Shown here piece after piece: positions 29,196 to 38,386 of a DNA stretch of 41,875 bases. The notes beneath the pieces were generated by a model. That model saw only the letters and a list, made by a program, of their open reading frames with translations. It was not told where the DNA came from and ran no database searches. The position numbers and the translations under genes are program-made. The stretch's first letter is position 1. The number at the start of each line of letters is the position of its first letter. Origin of the DNA: Pseudomonadota bacterium (GTDB taxonomy: Bacteria; Bdellovibrionota; FAC87; UBA2466); contig JAYSWN010000019.1 in the NCBI GenBank assembly GCA_043718025.1, positions 1 through 41,875 on the forward strand. Reading direction: 5' to 3'.

Positions 29196-30149
29196 TTACC
29201 CTTCGGCCAATTTTTTTCGTTTACCCCAAAAATGCCACACTTCACGGTAACCCATAATTCCCATCGGCCGCACCAACATGACCACGATCAGAATCAACGG
29301 AAAAACCACCATGCGGTATTTATCGAATACCCTGAGCAGCTCGGGCATCATGGTGACAATCACGCCGCCAATTACTGAACCAGTAAGACTACCCATACCG
29401 CCAATCACCACCATAATCACGACGTCGACCGAGCGGTTAAAATTGAACGACTGCGGATCGATAAAACCCTGATAATGCGCAAACAGGGCGCCAGCCACGC
29501 CGGCAAAAAACGAAGAGATAACGAAAGCCACCACTTTGTAATGGGCCACATTAATTCCCATGGCCTCGGCGGCCACCTCATCTTCGCGAATAGAAAGAAT
29601 AGCGCGGCCAAAGCTCGACTCACTCAACCTCTTTAAAAAGATTAATGTGACGGCGGCCCAAGCAAAAACCCAAAAGAAGTTAGAGTACCGCGGAATGCCG
29701 GGCAACCCACGCGCCCCACCGACCAATTCCACGTTCAAAAAAACAATGCGGATGATCTCTCCAAAACCTAAAGTCACAATCGCCAGGTAGTCGCCCTTCA
29801 AGCGAAGCGAGGGTAACCCCACCAAGTAGCCCGCGGTGGCCGCCGCAAGGCCCCCTGCCACTACCGCAACGCCGATGCCCAATGGGTTCGTCCACATTGC
29901 GCCGCCGTAAACCGTGGTAATGGTGGCACTCACGTAGGCCCCCACCCCCATAAAACCAGCATGCCCCAATGAAAACTGGCCCGCGCAGCCATTCACCAGA
30001 TTTAAACTTAAAGCGAGAATAATGCCGATGCCGCAGTTGATCAGCACGCGCAAGTAATAGGCATTAATATTTTCTTCGAGCAGCCAGCCCACCGCCCAGA
30101 TTCCCACGGTGACGGCCACGGCAATAAGAAATTGCTTTGCAACGCTCAT
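29196..30149 (-). CDS. livM: Branched-chain amino acid ABC transporter permease
   Basis: GQFSLGHAGF.GVGAY, LRLKGDYLAIVTLGFGEI, SIREDE.AAEAMG, P.G..G. Confidence 0.92.
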   Translation of the reverse strand: MSVAKQFLIAVAVTVGIWAVGWLLEENINAYYLRVLINCGIGIILALSLNLVNGCAGQFSLGHAGFMGVGAYVSATITTVYGGAMWTNPLGIGVAVVAGGLAAATAGYLVGLPSLRLKGDYLAIVTLGFGEIIRIVFLNVELVGGARGLPGIPRYSNFFWVFAWAAVTLIFLKRLSESSFGRAILSIREDEVAAEAMGINVAHYKVVAFVISSFFAGVAGALFAHYQGFIDPQSFNFNRSVDVVIMVVIGGMGSLTGSVIGGVIVTMMPELLRVFDKYRMVVFPLILIVVMLVRPMGIMGYREVWHFWGKRKKLAEG

Positions 30150-31045
30150 ACTTTTTCCCGCCGCACGGTCCCAAATAAGCCCGCAGGCTTAAAGAGCAGT
30201 ACTAGAATTAAAATAGCGAAGGCAATGGCGTCGCGGAAAGAGGAAGACACGTAAAATACAACAAAGGCTTCAGCCAGGCCGATGATGATGCCGCCTAGTG
30301 CGGCCCCCATAATGTTGCCAATGCCGCCAAAGACCGCGGCCACGAATGCCTTTAAGCCAATCATCACCCCAAGCAGTGGTTCAATCTTGGGATAAGACAG
30401 GCCGTACAGAATGGCGGCACTTCCGGCCAGCGCTGAGCCGATCATAAAGGTAAAAATAATAATTCGATCGGCGTTGATGCCCATTAACGAGGCCACTTGG
30501 ATGTCGAAACTCACCGCCCGCATCGCAATTCCCATTTTGGTGTGATGCACGATGAAGTGTAAAGCCACCATCAAGATGATCGATACCGAAATCACCAGCA
30601 CTTGAATGTTGTTGATGACGACACCTTCGGTACCAAACAAAGCGTAGGTGGGGATGATCGCCGGAAACACCCGCGGGTCAGAACCAAAAATAATCTGACC
30701 TATATTTTGTAGAAGCAGCGATACGCCAATCGCCGTAATAAGCACGTTAATGCGCGGCGCTTTGCGTAGCGGTCGATAGGCAATCCGCTCGGTTAACAGC
30801 GCAATCGCCGTGCAAAAAAGCATGGCGCCGCCAATCACCAAAAATACGGTTACCGTCGGAGACATGCCAACCGACAGCCAGCCGGCGATATAAATCCCCG
30901 CAAACGCCCCAAGCATAAAGATATCGCTATGGGCAAAGTTGATGAACTGCAGTACGCCGTAGACCATGGTGTAGCCCAGCGCCACTAGCGCGTAGACGCT
31001 TCCTTGCGCAATACCGTTCACTAAATTTTGAATAAATTCTTGCAA
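30146..31045 (-). CDS. livH: Branched-chain amino acid ABC transporter permease
   Basis: GSVYALVALGYTMVYGV..INFAH, GIAMRA, KAFVAAVFGGIG, KPAGLFG. TTG start. Confidence 0.93.
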   Translation of the reverse strand: MQEFIQNLVNGIAQGSVYALVALGYTMVYGVLQFINFAHSDIFMLGAFAGIYIAGWLSVGMSPTVTVFLVIGGAMLFCTAIALLTERIAYRPLRKAPRINVLITAIGVSLLLQNIGQIIFGSDPRVFPAIIPTYALFGTEGVVINNIQVLVISVSIILMVALHFIVHHTKMGIAMRAVSFDIQVASLMGINADRIIIFTFMIGSALAGSAAILYGLSYPKIEPLLGVMIGLKAFVAAVFGGIGNIMGAALGGIIIGLAEAFVVFYVSSSFRDAIAFAILILVLLFKPAGLFGTVRREKV

Positions 31046-31067
31046 AGGTAATTCTGCAGTTAAGTGC

Positions 31068-32222
31068 TTACGGATTAACCGTAGTCACGTACTGAAATGT
31101 ATTTGCCGATACCACTTTGAGAACCACTGCCGGTTTCACGGCATCGCGATCTTTATTAATCGTGATTACGCCGGTGACGCCTTGAAAGTTGGTGGTTGCG
31201 GCCAAAGCAGCGCGAATGCCAACCGAAGTCAGTTCGGTAGCCCGCCGAGTAGCGTCTAAAGCCACCAGCGCCGCGTCGTAACCCATCGCCGCCAGGCCGT
31301 TTGGCACTTCGCCATATTTGGCTTTGTACTGATTCACAAAGTTTTGCACCACGGGACTCTTGTCTTCGTGTGAGTAGTGATTGCTAAAGAAACTGCCGAA
31401 AATCGAATCGCCGGCAATTTCAGTGAGCTTTTCGCTATCCCACCCGTCGCCGCCTAACAGCACTGCTTTCAAACCAAGCTCTTTAGCCTGACGCGAGATC
31501 AAGCCCACTTCGGTGTAGTAACCAGGAACAAAAATGATGTCGGGCTTCTTGCCTTTGATGCTGTTGAGCTGCGATTTGAAATCAACGTCGCCAGAAGAAT
31601 AAGCAACGTCGGTTACGATCTCGCCGCCCATTTTCTTATACTCTTCAGCATAAAAATTGGCCAAACCAACGCTGTAATCGCTGCGGATGTCGCGAAAGAT
31701 GGCCGCCCGCTTCATCTTGAGATGGTTGATCGAGAACTTCGCCATCACCGAACCCTGAAAAGGGTCGATAAAACAGACGCGGAAAATGTATTCCCCAATC
31801 TGAGTCACCTTGGGATTGGTGCTGGAAGGGCTCACCATGGGAATTTTATATTGCTGCGCCACGGCGCCAGCGGCGATCGACCGGGAGCTGGCGACTTCGC
31901 CCAAAACGACGTGCACTTTATCCTGCGTGATAAGCTTGGTGACCGCGGTGACCGCTTCGTCGGCTTTGCCCTGATCGTCGTACGAAATCACGCGCACCTG
32001 CTTGCCCTTGATCCCCCCCGCCTTGTTGGCCTCCTCAACCGCCATCATCACGCCTTTATGGGTGGAGACGCCAAAGGTGCTTTCGGCGCCCGTCATCGAG
32101 CCGTACTCGCCAAACAAGATTTCATTAGAGATGGCAGCGGCGGTTGTGGCATCGCCAGATTTTTTGGTACAAGCCGTACCGAGCACCAAAGAAAGGGCAA
32201 ATAAAACGATGAATTTTTTCAA
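31068..32222 (-). CDS. Branched-chain amino acid ABC transporter substrate-binding lipoprotein (LivK/LivJ family)
   Basis: TTG 32222 preceded by GGGAG gives MKKFIVLFALSLVLGTA-C (lipobox). GGIKG, YDD, STNP, YIFRVCFID..QG, GGDGW, GVTG. Confidence 0.92.
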   Translation of the reverse strand: MKKFIVLFALSLVLGTACTKKSGDATTAAAISNEILFGEYGSMTGAESTFGVSTHKGVMMAVEEANKAGGIKGKQVRVISYDDQGKADEAVTAVTKLITQDKVHVVLGEVASSRSIAAGAVAQQYKIPMVSPSSTNPKVTQIGEYIFRVCFIDPFQGSVMAKFSINHLKMKRAAIFRDIRSDYSVGLANFYAEEYKKMGGEIVTDVAYSSGDVDFKSQLNSIKGKKPDIIFVPGYYTEVGLISRQAKELGLKAVLLGGDGWDSEKLTEIAGDSIFGSFFSNHYSHEDKSPVVQNFVNQYKAKYGEVPNGLAAMGYDAALVALDATRRATELTSVGIRAALAATTNFQGVTGVITINKDRDAVKPAVVLKVVSANTFQYVTTVNP

Positions 32223-32403
32223 GGTAGCTCCCAAATTTGTTAACAAGGCATCCAACCCAAAATCTGACAAAAGCCTATGCTCATTTGCGAGTAGCTGGGC
32301 GGGCTATCTTCTGTCAATTCGGCAGTGAGTTTTTATGCGTAATGTCGATTCAGTTGGTAACGAAAACCTGTACTTGGGGCTTGAAACATAGGATGTTTTA
32401 CCA

Positions 32404-32643
32404 ATGGTGAAAGAGAAAAATCCCACATTTGAAGAGTCGATGAAAGAGCTAGAAGACATTGTAGCAAGGCTCGAGCGTGCTGAAGGGCCGTTGGAAGAGC
32501 AGCTAAAGTCGTTCGAAAAAGGGGTGGGACTGTCACGCCAGTGTCTACTTCACCTCGATGAAGTGGAAAAACGGGTCGAGGTGCTCACCGGCTCCAAAGA
32601 CGGTAAGTTCACCACCGAGCCCTTTGCCGAAGAGTTAGAGTAG
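32404..32643 (+). CDS. xseB: Exodeoxyribonuclease VII small subunit
   Basis: FEESMKELEDIVARLE...LEEQL..FEKG..L...C...L..VEKRV; 79 aa; AGGA RBS. Confidence 0.92.
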   Translation: MVKEKNPTFEESMKELEDIVARLERAEGPLEEQLKSFEKGVGLSRQCLLHLDEVEKRVEVLTGSKDGKFTTEPFAEELE

Positions 32644-32907
32644 TCTACAGCGGTCTTCAGCCCAAAAAACTGTCTACTTTCTGATCGGTTGATCAGCTCA
32701 AAATACCGACGCCACCCTCAATTAACCCCTTATTCTCTAACGAAAAAGCCCGCTTTTCCCCCCTGAACCAGCCTTTGACACCCCGTTTGGTGAAGACAAC
32801 GAGAACACGTAGTTCTCCTAAGTATTTACGGGGTTACCGCCATTCTGGCGAGCCGCTTGCATTGTAATCGGGAGCGTACTTTTAACTTTTTTGGAAGGCC
32901 CTTGTTT

Positions 32908-33504
32908 ATGGGAAAAGCTGGATTGAGCTTTAAAAAAATGTTCCTGCTGGCAGCGACGGGCTTCCTTGCCTTAGCCACAATGAGCTGCTCGCGAAACCTT
33001 GAAGACCTTCAAAACGGTGGTGAATTTGGTTATTCGGAATGCTCAGGCACTCTTGGAGTATTTGAAATTTACACGGTACGAACCAACGACCCCGCAATTT
33101 TCGAAGTTTACGTTATTCCTAAATCGGTAACCCAGCCTACCGACATCGGAAGTATTACCATCGCTAACCAAACACCATCGTACCGGACGCTGGTTCGCGA
33201 AGTGGTGTTTAACAATGGCGAAGAGATTCTCGCCGGCTACGTTACCGAAACGGATCTCTTAAACTTTGATATCCTAGCGCTAACTCTATACGACGGTTCG
33301 GGAGCCTCGTTTCTAGAACAAAACTCCGAGCGCGACGCCATCTGCGAATTGCCCGACCCAAATAGCGCTGCCAACGGTAACGTAGGGTACGCGGCGACTT
33401 CGCTGCGCGGAGTTACCGGCAAGCAAATGCTTCGACGAAATTTTTCAAGGAATCGCAATAGCCGGATCCCCCGTGGCGCTAAATTGCCAAAAAGACTTCG
33501 CTAA
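32908..33504 (+). CDS. Hypothetical lipoprotein
   Basis: ATG 32908 after GGAAGG; KK followed by a hydrophobic stretch and ATMS-C lipobox; acidic beta-rich core; very basic C-terminal tail. Confidence 0.7.
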   Translation: MGKAGLSFKKMFLLAATGFLALATMSCSRNLEDLQNGGEFGYSECSGTLGVFEIYTVRTNDPAIFEVYVIPKSVTQPTDIGSITIANQTPSYRTLVREVVFNNGEEILAGYVTETDLLNFDILALTLYDGSGASFLEQNSERDAICELPDPNSAANGNVGYAATSLRGVTGKQMLRRNFSRNRNSRIPRGAKLPKRLR

Positions 33505-33532
33505 ATTTATATTTCTCATTTAGTTATGGCGG

Positions 33533-34174
33533 ATGGACATCATCTCGGTTTGCCGCCTCCTGCATCAGCGCAACTTAACCGCCAGCGCCGATGGCAACGT
33601 CAGTATGCGTTTGCCCAGCGGCGAAATACTCATCACCCCCAGCGGAGTCAATAAAGCCTTTCTTCTGCAAAGCGACTTAGTGACGTTGAAGGCCGACGGC
33701 ACGTCCGTTAGCGGATCTCCCTCTAGCGAACTAAAGATGCACCTTGAAGTTTACCGGCGCTGTCCGCAGGCCAAAGCCGTAGTTCACGCTCACCCGCCCA
33801 CCGCCATCGCGTGGTCAATTGCCTTTCCCCAGTTAAAAACCTTACCCGTTGAATTTATGTCTGAACTCATTTTAGCGGTGGGTGAAGTGCCCATTGCCCC
33901 CTTTGCCCGGCCCGGAACCGCGGCCATGGGTGAAGTGTTGTCTGCATTTTTGCCGCGCCACCGCACTCTGATTCTTGCCCGGCACGGCGCTTTAGCATGG
34001 GGCGAAACTTTGACCGAGGCTTATAATGGAATGGAACGAATTGAACACGCCGCGCAAATTTTAAAGAGCGCGGTGGAGCTGGCGGGCGGCTTCCAAAAAT
34101 TGACCCCCCTGCCCCCTGAAGAAATTCAGTGGTTAAAGGACAAACGACAAGCCCTCGGAGAAAAAATTTTATGA
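33533..34174 (+). CDS. Class II aldolase/adducin family protein (FucA/Ald2-like)
   Basis: GNVS.R, ITPSG, PSSELKMH..VY, VHAHP, L.RHG; ATGA overlap with mtnA. Confidence 0.9.
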   Translation: MDIISVCRLLHQRNLTASADGNVSMRLPSGEILITPSGVNKAFLLQSDLVTLKADGTSVSGSPSSELKMHLEVYRRCPQAKAVVHAHPPTAIAWSIAFPQLKTLPVEFMSELILAVGEVPIAPFARPGTAAMGEVLSAFLPRHRTLILARHGALAWGETLTEAYNGMERIEHAAQILKSAVELAGGFQKLTPLPPEEIQWLKDKRQALGEKIL

Positions 34175-35154
34175 AACCGATGACCTCCGCCGCCCTTCGC
34201 TACGACGGTAAAAAGCTCTGGGTTCTCGATCAGCGGCTACTTCCGCATAAAGAAGTTTGGCTTGAGTCGCAGAGCATCGATCAGATGGTAACGCTGATCC
34301 AGCAACTTAGCGTACGCGGAGCCCCGCTTATCGGGGTGGCGGCAGCCATTGCGTTGGGCCAGTTCGCCGAAACCGGGGCCGCCATTGAAACGGTTCATAC
34401 GGCGGCAATTAAATTGCGCGGGGCACGTCCCACCGCCGTAAATCTGATGAATGCCATAGATCGCATGCTCGACAACATGGCCTTACTGCCCGCCACCGCC
34501 GAAAAAATTTTTGAAGACGATGTCGCGCTCTGCGCGCAGATCGCAACCCACGGGTCGGCCTTAATAGAAAATGGCGATTCGATTCTCACCCACTGCAACG
34601 CCGGTTCGTTAGCCACGGCTGGCGTGGGAACGGCGTTGGGCATCATTCATCAAGCGCATCAAGCGGGGAAAAAGATTCATGTCTACGTGGATGAAACCCG
34701 GCCACTATGGCAAGGCGCGCGGCTGACCACTTGGGAACTGTCCAAATGGGGAGTGCCTTACACGTTGATTTGCGACAACGTCGCCGCCGCACTCATGCGC
34801 CAAGGAAAAATCGATAAAGTGTTTGTGGGGGCAGATCGCATTAGCTTAAGCGGTGACTTCGCCAATAAAATTGGCACGTACTCCATCGCCGTGAATGCCC
34901 ACTTTCACAAATTGCCGTTTTACGTAGCGGCGCCGTCGACCACGGTAGATTTCGAATGCGCCAATGGCGAAAACATTCCGATTGAGATGCGGCCGGTGGC
35001 CGAAGTGCAGGGTTACGGCGATCAATTGTGGTGCACGGCGACCACTCCGGCGATCAATCCGGCCTTCGACATCACCCCGGGAACACTGGTAACAAAATTT
35101 ATTTTAGAAAAAGGAATCTTTGCGGCGAACGAGCTCACGCGCACGCGGCGATGA
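34171..35154 (+). CDS. mtnA: S-methyl-5-thioribose-1-phosphate isomerase
   Basis: LDQR.LP, VRGAPLIG, ARPTAVNL, THCNAGSLAT, DETRP..QGARLT, GADRI, ANKIGTY, NPAFDITP. Start ATG 34171. Confidence 0.95.
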   Translation: MKPMTSAALRYDGKKLWVLDQRLLPHKEVWLESQSIDQMVTLIQQLSVRGAPLIGVAAAIALGQFAETGAAIETVHTAAIKLRGARPTAVNLMNAIDRMLDNMALLPATAEKIFEDDVALCAQIATHGSALIENGDSILTHCNAGSLATAGVGTALGIIHQAHQAGKKIHVYVDETRPLWQGARLTTWELSKWGVPYTLICDNVAAALMRQGKIDKVFVGADRISLSGDFANKIGTYSIAVNAHFHKLPFYVAAPSTTVDFECANGENIPIEMRPVAEVQGYGDQLWCTATTPAINPAFDITPGTLVTKFILEKGIFAANELTRTRR

Positions 35155-35167
35155 CTCGGGGTTAGGG

Positions 35168-35491
35168 TTAAAGCAAATGACGGTGCAGTGGCACCCCGAA
35201 CGGGCAAGACGCCACACACTGGCCACAGGTTTCACACGGAAAGCCAAAGGCCTTTTCGTTTTCTACGGTTGAGATAAAACGAAGCTTAGGCTCAAACCAC
35301 GAAGGTGCCGTGCCGTCAGCCACCGCCTGACAAGTTAGAGTGCAGGCCGAGCAGCCAAGGCAGAGCGACGGCAGAAAACGCAACGGCACCAATTTAATTT
35401 CGTCAGTTGGCGACTGATGCTTAGTGACTCGAGGCTTCTTTAAGAGGCCGCCAATTTTCTTACCCCAGCCACTCATTGATCTTTTTTCCAC
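35168..35491 (-). CDS. Small 4Fe-4S dicluster (ferredoxin-like) protein
   Basis: CLGCSACTLTC and CETCGQCVASCP motifs; lies downstream of the glpB-like gene. Start GTG 35491 or ATG 35476. Confidence 0.75.
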   Translation of the reverse strand: MEKRSMSGWGKKIGGLLKKPRVTKHQSPTDEIKLVPLRFLPSLCLGCSACTLTCQAVADGTAPSWFEPKLRFISTVENEKAFGFPCETCGQCVASCPFGVPLHRHLL

Positions 35492-36755
35492 AATGCCTCC
35501 CCAGCCAGGAGAAAAAGCCTAACCCAAAACGGTGGGCGGCAAAGTCCATTCCGCCCACCAGACTGCCCGAAGCAAAAAGATTTTCGGCCACCGTGCCCTC
35601 TTGCGACTTGGGGCGATGCCATTCATCGAGCCATAGCCCCAGCCGGTAGCGATCGGCAATCGCCACCTCATCTTGATAAACTCTCTGCCTCTTATCGCGG
35701 GCCGTAAATAGCGGTAAGTCGAGCACCGTTTCGCGAAAGCGATCTTTAGATTCCAGACCGCCGCCCAAAAACTTACCAGTACAGAGCACCACCGCCTTGG
35801 TCTTGAGCTCCAAGACCTCACCATGATCAGAGGTGATCAAAAAAGTATTTTGCCGCAGCGAAAGTTGTCGCACGCTCTTCACGGGTATCCATTCAATACT
35901 GAGATCGTGGCGGCATTTTTTGATAGTTTCGGTTAAACGTTTGCCGGCTACCGGCTCGGTTACCGAGGCGAATTCCGCCACCGTAACGTTCCACTCTTTT
36001 TCCCACGCCAAAGCCATTTCCGTATCGAGAAAGAGCGGGGGAAACAGCAAAACATCAACCGGCGTGTGCTTAAGCCCCTCTCTGATCTGATCGCGCAAAA
36101 GGGCGGCCACCTTCTGGTCACCCGTCAACCGCGCCGCCAACTGCGAAAGCGGCCAGTCAAAACCCTTAAGCACGACCTTAAAAGGCACCAACTCGGCACT
36201 CACCCCCAAATTGCGAAGGCCGTCGGCCCAAAGCGGAAGCCACAGCTCAGTGGGAAGCCGCCATTGGGGACAGACAACAATGCCCACCCGCTTTCGCGAC
36301 CACGCCGTAACGTCTGATTTGAAAATAATCTGTTGCGCGCCGTACGCGGCGCGGAAGGCGCCGCCTTCCACCGGTAGCAACGCCGGCCTGTCTTCGGAGC
36401 CTTGAAAGAGTGACGTAAAAATTTTTGAGTCCGTGTGCGCTGATGAGTAACTGACGCCGTTTTGCGGACTGCTCAACGCGGCATCGTTGAGCAGCAACGA
36501 GTTAAGCGGGCGGCTCCAGGCCGGCGAAAGCACGAGCTCACGAAACGGTACGGTGTTCTTCCAATAAGAAACCGGCACCGGGCCCACGTCCCAAATTCCT
36601 GAACTCAATGCGGTAGCGGCCCCCGCCGGAGAATGGGCGGGAGACAGCATGACGACAGATCGCCCTTTGCTCTGCAGCGACTGGGCAACGGAAAAGCCCG
36701 AGATTCCGGTGCCTAAAACGGCCACGTCGGCGTTGAGGCTCTCGCGCTGACTCAC
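35460..36755 (-). CDS. GlpB-like FAD-binding subunit (anaerobic glycerol-3-phosphate dehydrogenase subunit B family), divergent
   Basis: VAVLGTGISG, ALSSGIWD, VLCTGKFLGGGL, ENLFASGSLVGG. The real start is likely GTG 36755 (GGAGG RBS, GTGA overlap with the upstream stop). Confidence 0.78.
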   Translation of the reverse strand: MSQRESLNADVAVLGTGISGFSVAQSLQSKGRSVVMLSPAHSPAGAATALSSGIWDVGPVPVSYWKNTVPFRELVLSPAWSRPLNSLLLNDAALSSPQNGVSYSSAHTDSKIFTSLFQGSEDRPALLPVEGGAFRAAYGAQQIIFKSDVTAWSRKRVGIVVCPQWRLPTELWLPLWADGLRNLGVSAELVPFKVVLKGFDWPLSQLAARLTGDQKVAALLRDQIREGLKHTPVDVLLFPPLFLDTEMALAWEKEWNVTVAEFASVTEPVAGKRLTETIKKCRHDLSIEWIPVKSVRQLSLRQNTFLITSDHGEVLELKTKAVVLCTGKFLGGGLESKDRFRETVLDLPLFTARDKRQRVYQDEVAIADRYRLGLWLDEWHRPKSQEGTVAENLFASGSLVGGMDFAAHRFGLGFFSWLGRHCGKKINEWLG

Positions 36756-38380
36756 AAAGCCTCCTCCGGAAAAAGGTAAGCGGCCAAGTAGCGATCCCGC
36801 TCCACCACCGGAAGCAGGGCGCCCGAAGTGAGCAACGAGCGGCTTATCTCTCGTTCGTGAACCCACTCTTTGGCCTGTTCTAAAAAGGGCGGCGCCGGTT
36901 TTGAGCTTAAGTGCGCCAGAAACAAGGCCGTGTTCCAGGCGCAGCGAGCGCCGTGGCAAAGGCCGGGCGATAGGCCAGTGCGACGGCCCACCGCTTTGAG
37001 CGATCCCGCCCACTCTTCACGGGCGCAAAATTCGACTTCGGCCGCGATGATGCCTTCGCACTCGCATAAGGTTCGCGACAACTCCGCGTGTTCGAGGGCG
37101 CGCTGAAAGATGGAGGTGGCGTGGTAGCCATGGCGTCGAATAATGCCCTGGACCACCCGCGGCGGCAGCCCCGTGCGTTGCGCCTCTTCTTCCCACGGAA
37201 TTTCGTGGCTACCGCCGGGTAAACTTTCGAATGCCGATCGGCACTCTTCACGGTGCTTTAAGCTATCGCAGATTTGGTGGGTCACCTTTTCGGCCACCAA
37301 GCGGCAAAAGCCGGCGTTGCCCCCGGCTACGGTGAACAGCCCCTTTAATCCCGAGGCCGCAAAGTCGTGGATGGCTGGTTCCGAATATTCGGGAGACATA
37401 AAACCATTCTTTGGAATTCCCCGACGACCGGCGGCGGGCGCGTAGTGAATGCGAGTGACAAAGTGAGACGGGCGCCAAAGGCCTAAAAACCCGGGCCGCT
37501 CTAAAAAGTGCCGCGCAAATAGCGCGGCCTCTCCCGCCTCGAGTGAAATTTCAAACGGGTTGCCCGCAAACTCGCTGCTCCAGCTACCCACCCAGGTGCC
37601 GCTGCGCCACGGAATTAAAAACGTGGGCGACTGCGCCGAGGCCAAGACCAAGGTGGCCGGAACTCGCTCGGTTAAATGGAGAACCGTCTCTTTTCTGAGT
37701 TCGTACGGCTCGGCGGGAACACCTTTTACCCGCGGCAGGCCCGCCCCGGCCGCTACCACCACGGTTTTGCCAAAGGCGAACTCTGAACGAGAATTTTTAC
37801 GACGTAATCGCACCCCGACCACGCGGCCATTCTCGTAGCCTAACTCTTCAACGTGAGCACCAATCAAAACTTCGGCCGACGCTTGTTCGGCAGCTTTAGC
37901 GTTCAGCACAGCAAACCGGCCCGCGTCCCACAATAATTGAGAGTGCTCAATGCCGCCGCCCGCCAGCGGCGCAAAGGGCACCCGCTCTTTCCACTCATCG
38001 GCACTCCAAGCCTGCACCCGTCGATCACGACGAGCCGACGTCAGCTTTTGGTAACCGGCCGCGGCGGACTGGAGGCGACGCAGACTTAATTGCGAAAATT
38101 TGGGATTGGCGGGAATTAAAACGCGCGTCTCCGAAAACAGATGCGGAGCCAGGCGTTCTAAAATATCGAACTCTTGAATTAAAGAAGCATTGGCGCGCGA
38201 AGACCACACGCGATTGCCGCCGTCGGCCAGCGGCGAAACCAACATGGTGTCGCCGCAACCAATGTCTTCGCGTTCCACTAGCAGCACCGATAGCCGGCGC
38301 ATGGCGCAGTCGCGGGCCACCGCGGTGCCGAGAATGCCACCGCCCACTACTATGACGTCGAATACCTGTTGGAAAGGCAT
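36752..38380 (-). CDS. GlpA/GlpD-like FAD-dependent oxidoreductase with C-terminal BFD-like Cys cluster, divergent
   Basis: DVIVVGGGILG..VARD.A.R.L.V.LVE, APHL, AAGA; C-terminal LCECE...RRT......CHG..C as in GlpA. Confidence 0.8.
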   Translation of the reverse strand: MPFQQVFDVIVVGGGILGTAVARDCAMRRLSVLLVEREDIGCGDTMLVSPLADGGNRVWSSRANASLIQEFDILERLAPHLFSETRVLIPANPKFSQLSLRRLQSAAAGYQKLTSARRDRRVQAWSADEWKERVPFAPLAGGGIEHSQLLWDAGRFAVLNAKAAEQASAEVLIGAHVEELGYENGRVVGVRLRRKNSRSEFAFGKTVVVAAGAGLPRVKGVPAEPYELRKETVLHLTERVPATLVLASAQSPTFLIPWRSGTWVGSWSSEFAGNPFEISLEAGEAALFARHFLERPGFLGLWRPSHFVTRIHYAPAAGRRGIPKNGFMSPEYSEPAIHDFAASGLKGLFTVAGGNAGFCRLVAEKVTHQICDSLKHREECRSAFESLPGGSHEIPWEEEAQRTGLPPRVVQGIIRRHGYHATSIFQRALEHAELSRTLCECEGIIAAEVEFCAREEWAGSLKAVGRRTGLSPGLCHGARCAWNTALFLAHLSSKPAPPFLEQAKEWVHEREISRSLLTSGALLPVVERDRYLAAYLFPEEAL

Positions 38381-38386
38381 CCCGGT

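Noticed and set aside
32861..32872. 12-bp ATTGTAATCGGG shared with 38387-38398
   Set aside because: The two copies have opposite orientation relative to their neighbouring genes, the motif is not palindromic, and a 12-mer match in 42 kb is expected by chance.
36756..37013. N-terminal 86-aa extension of the glpB-like ORF in the ORF track
   Set aside because: It overlaps the glpA-like CDS; GTG 36755 with a GGAGG RBS directly precedes the FAD-binding motif.
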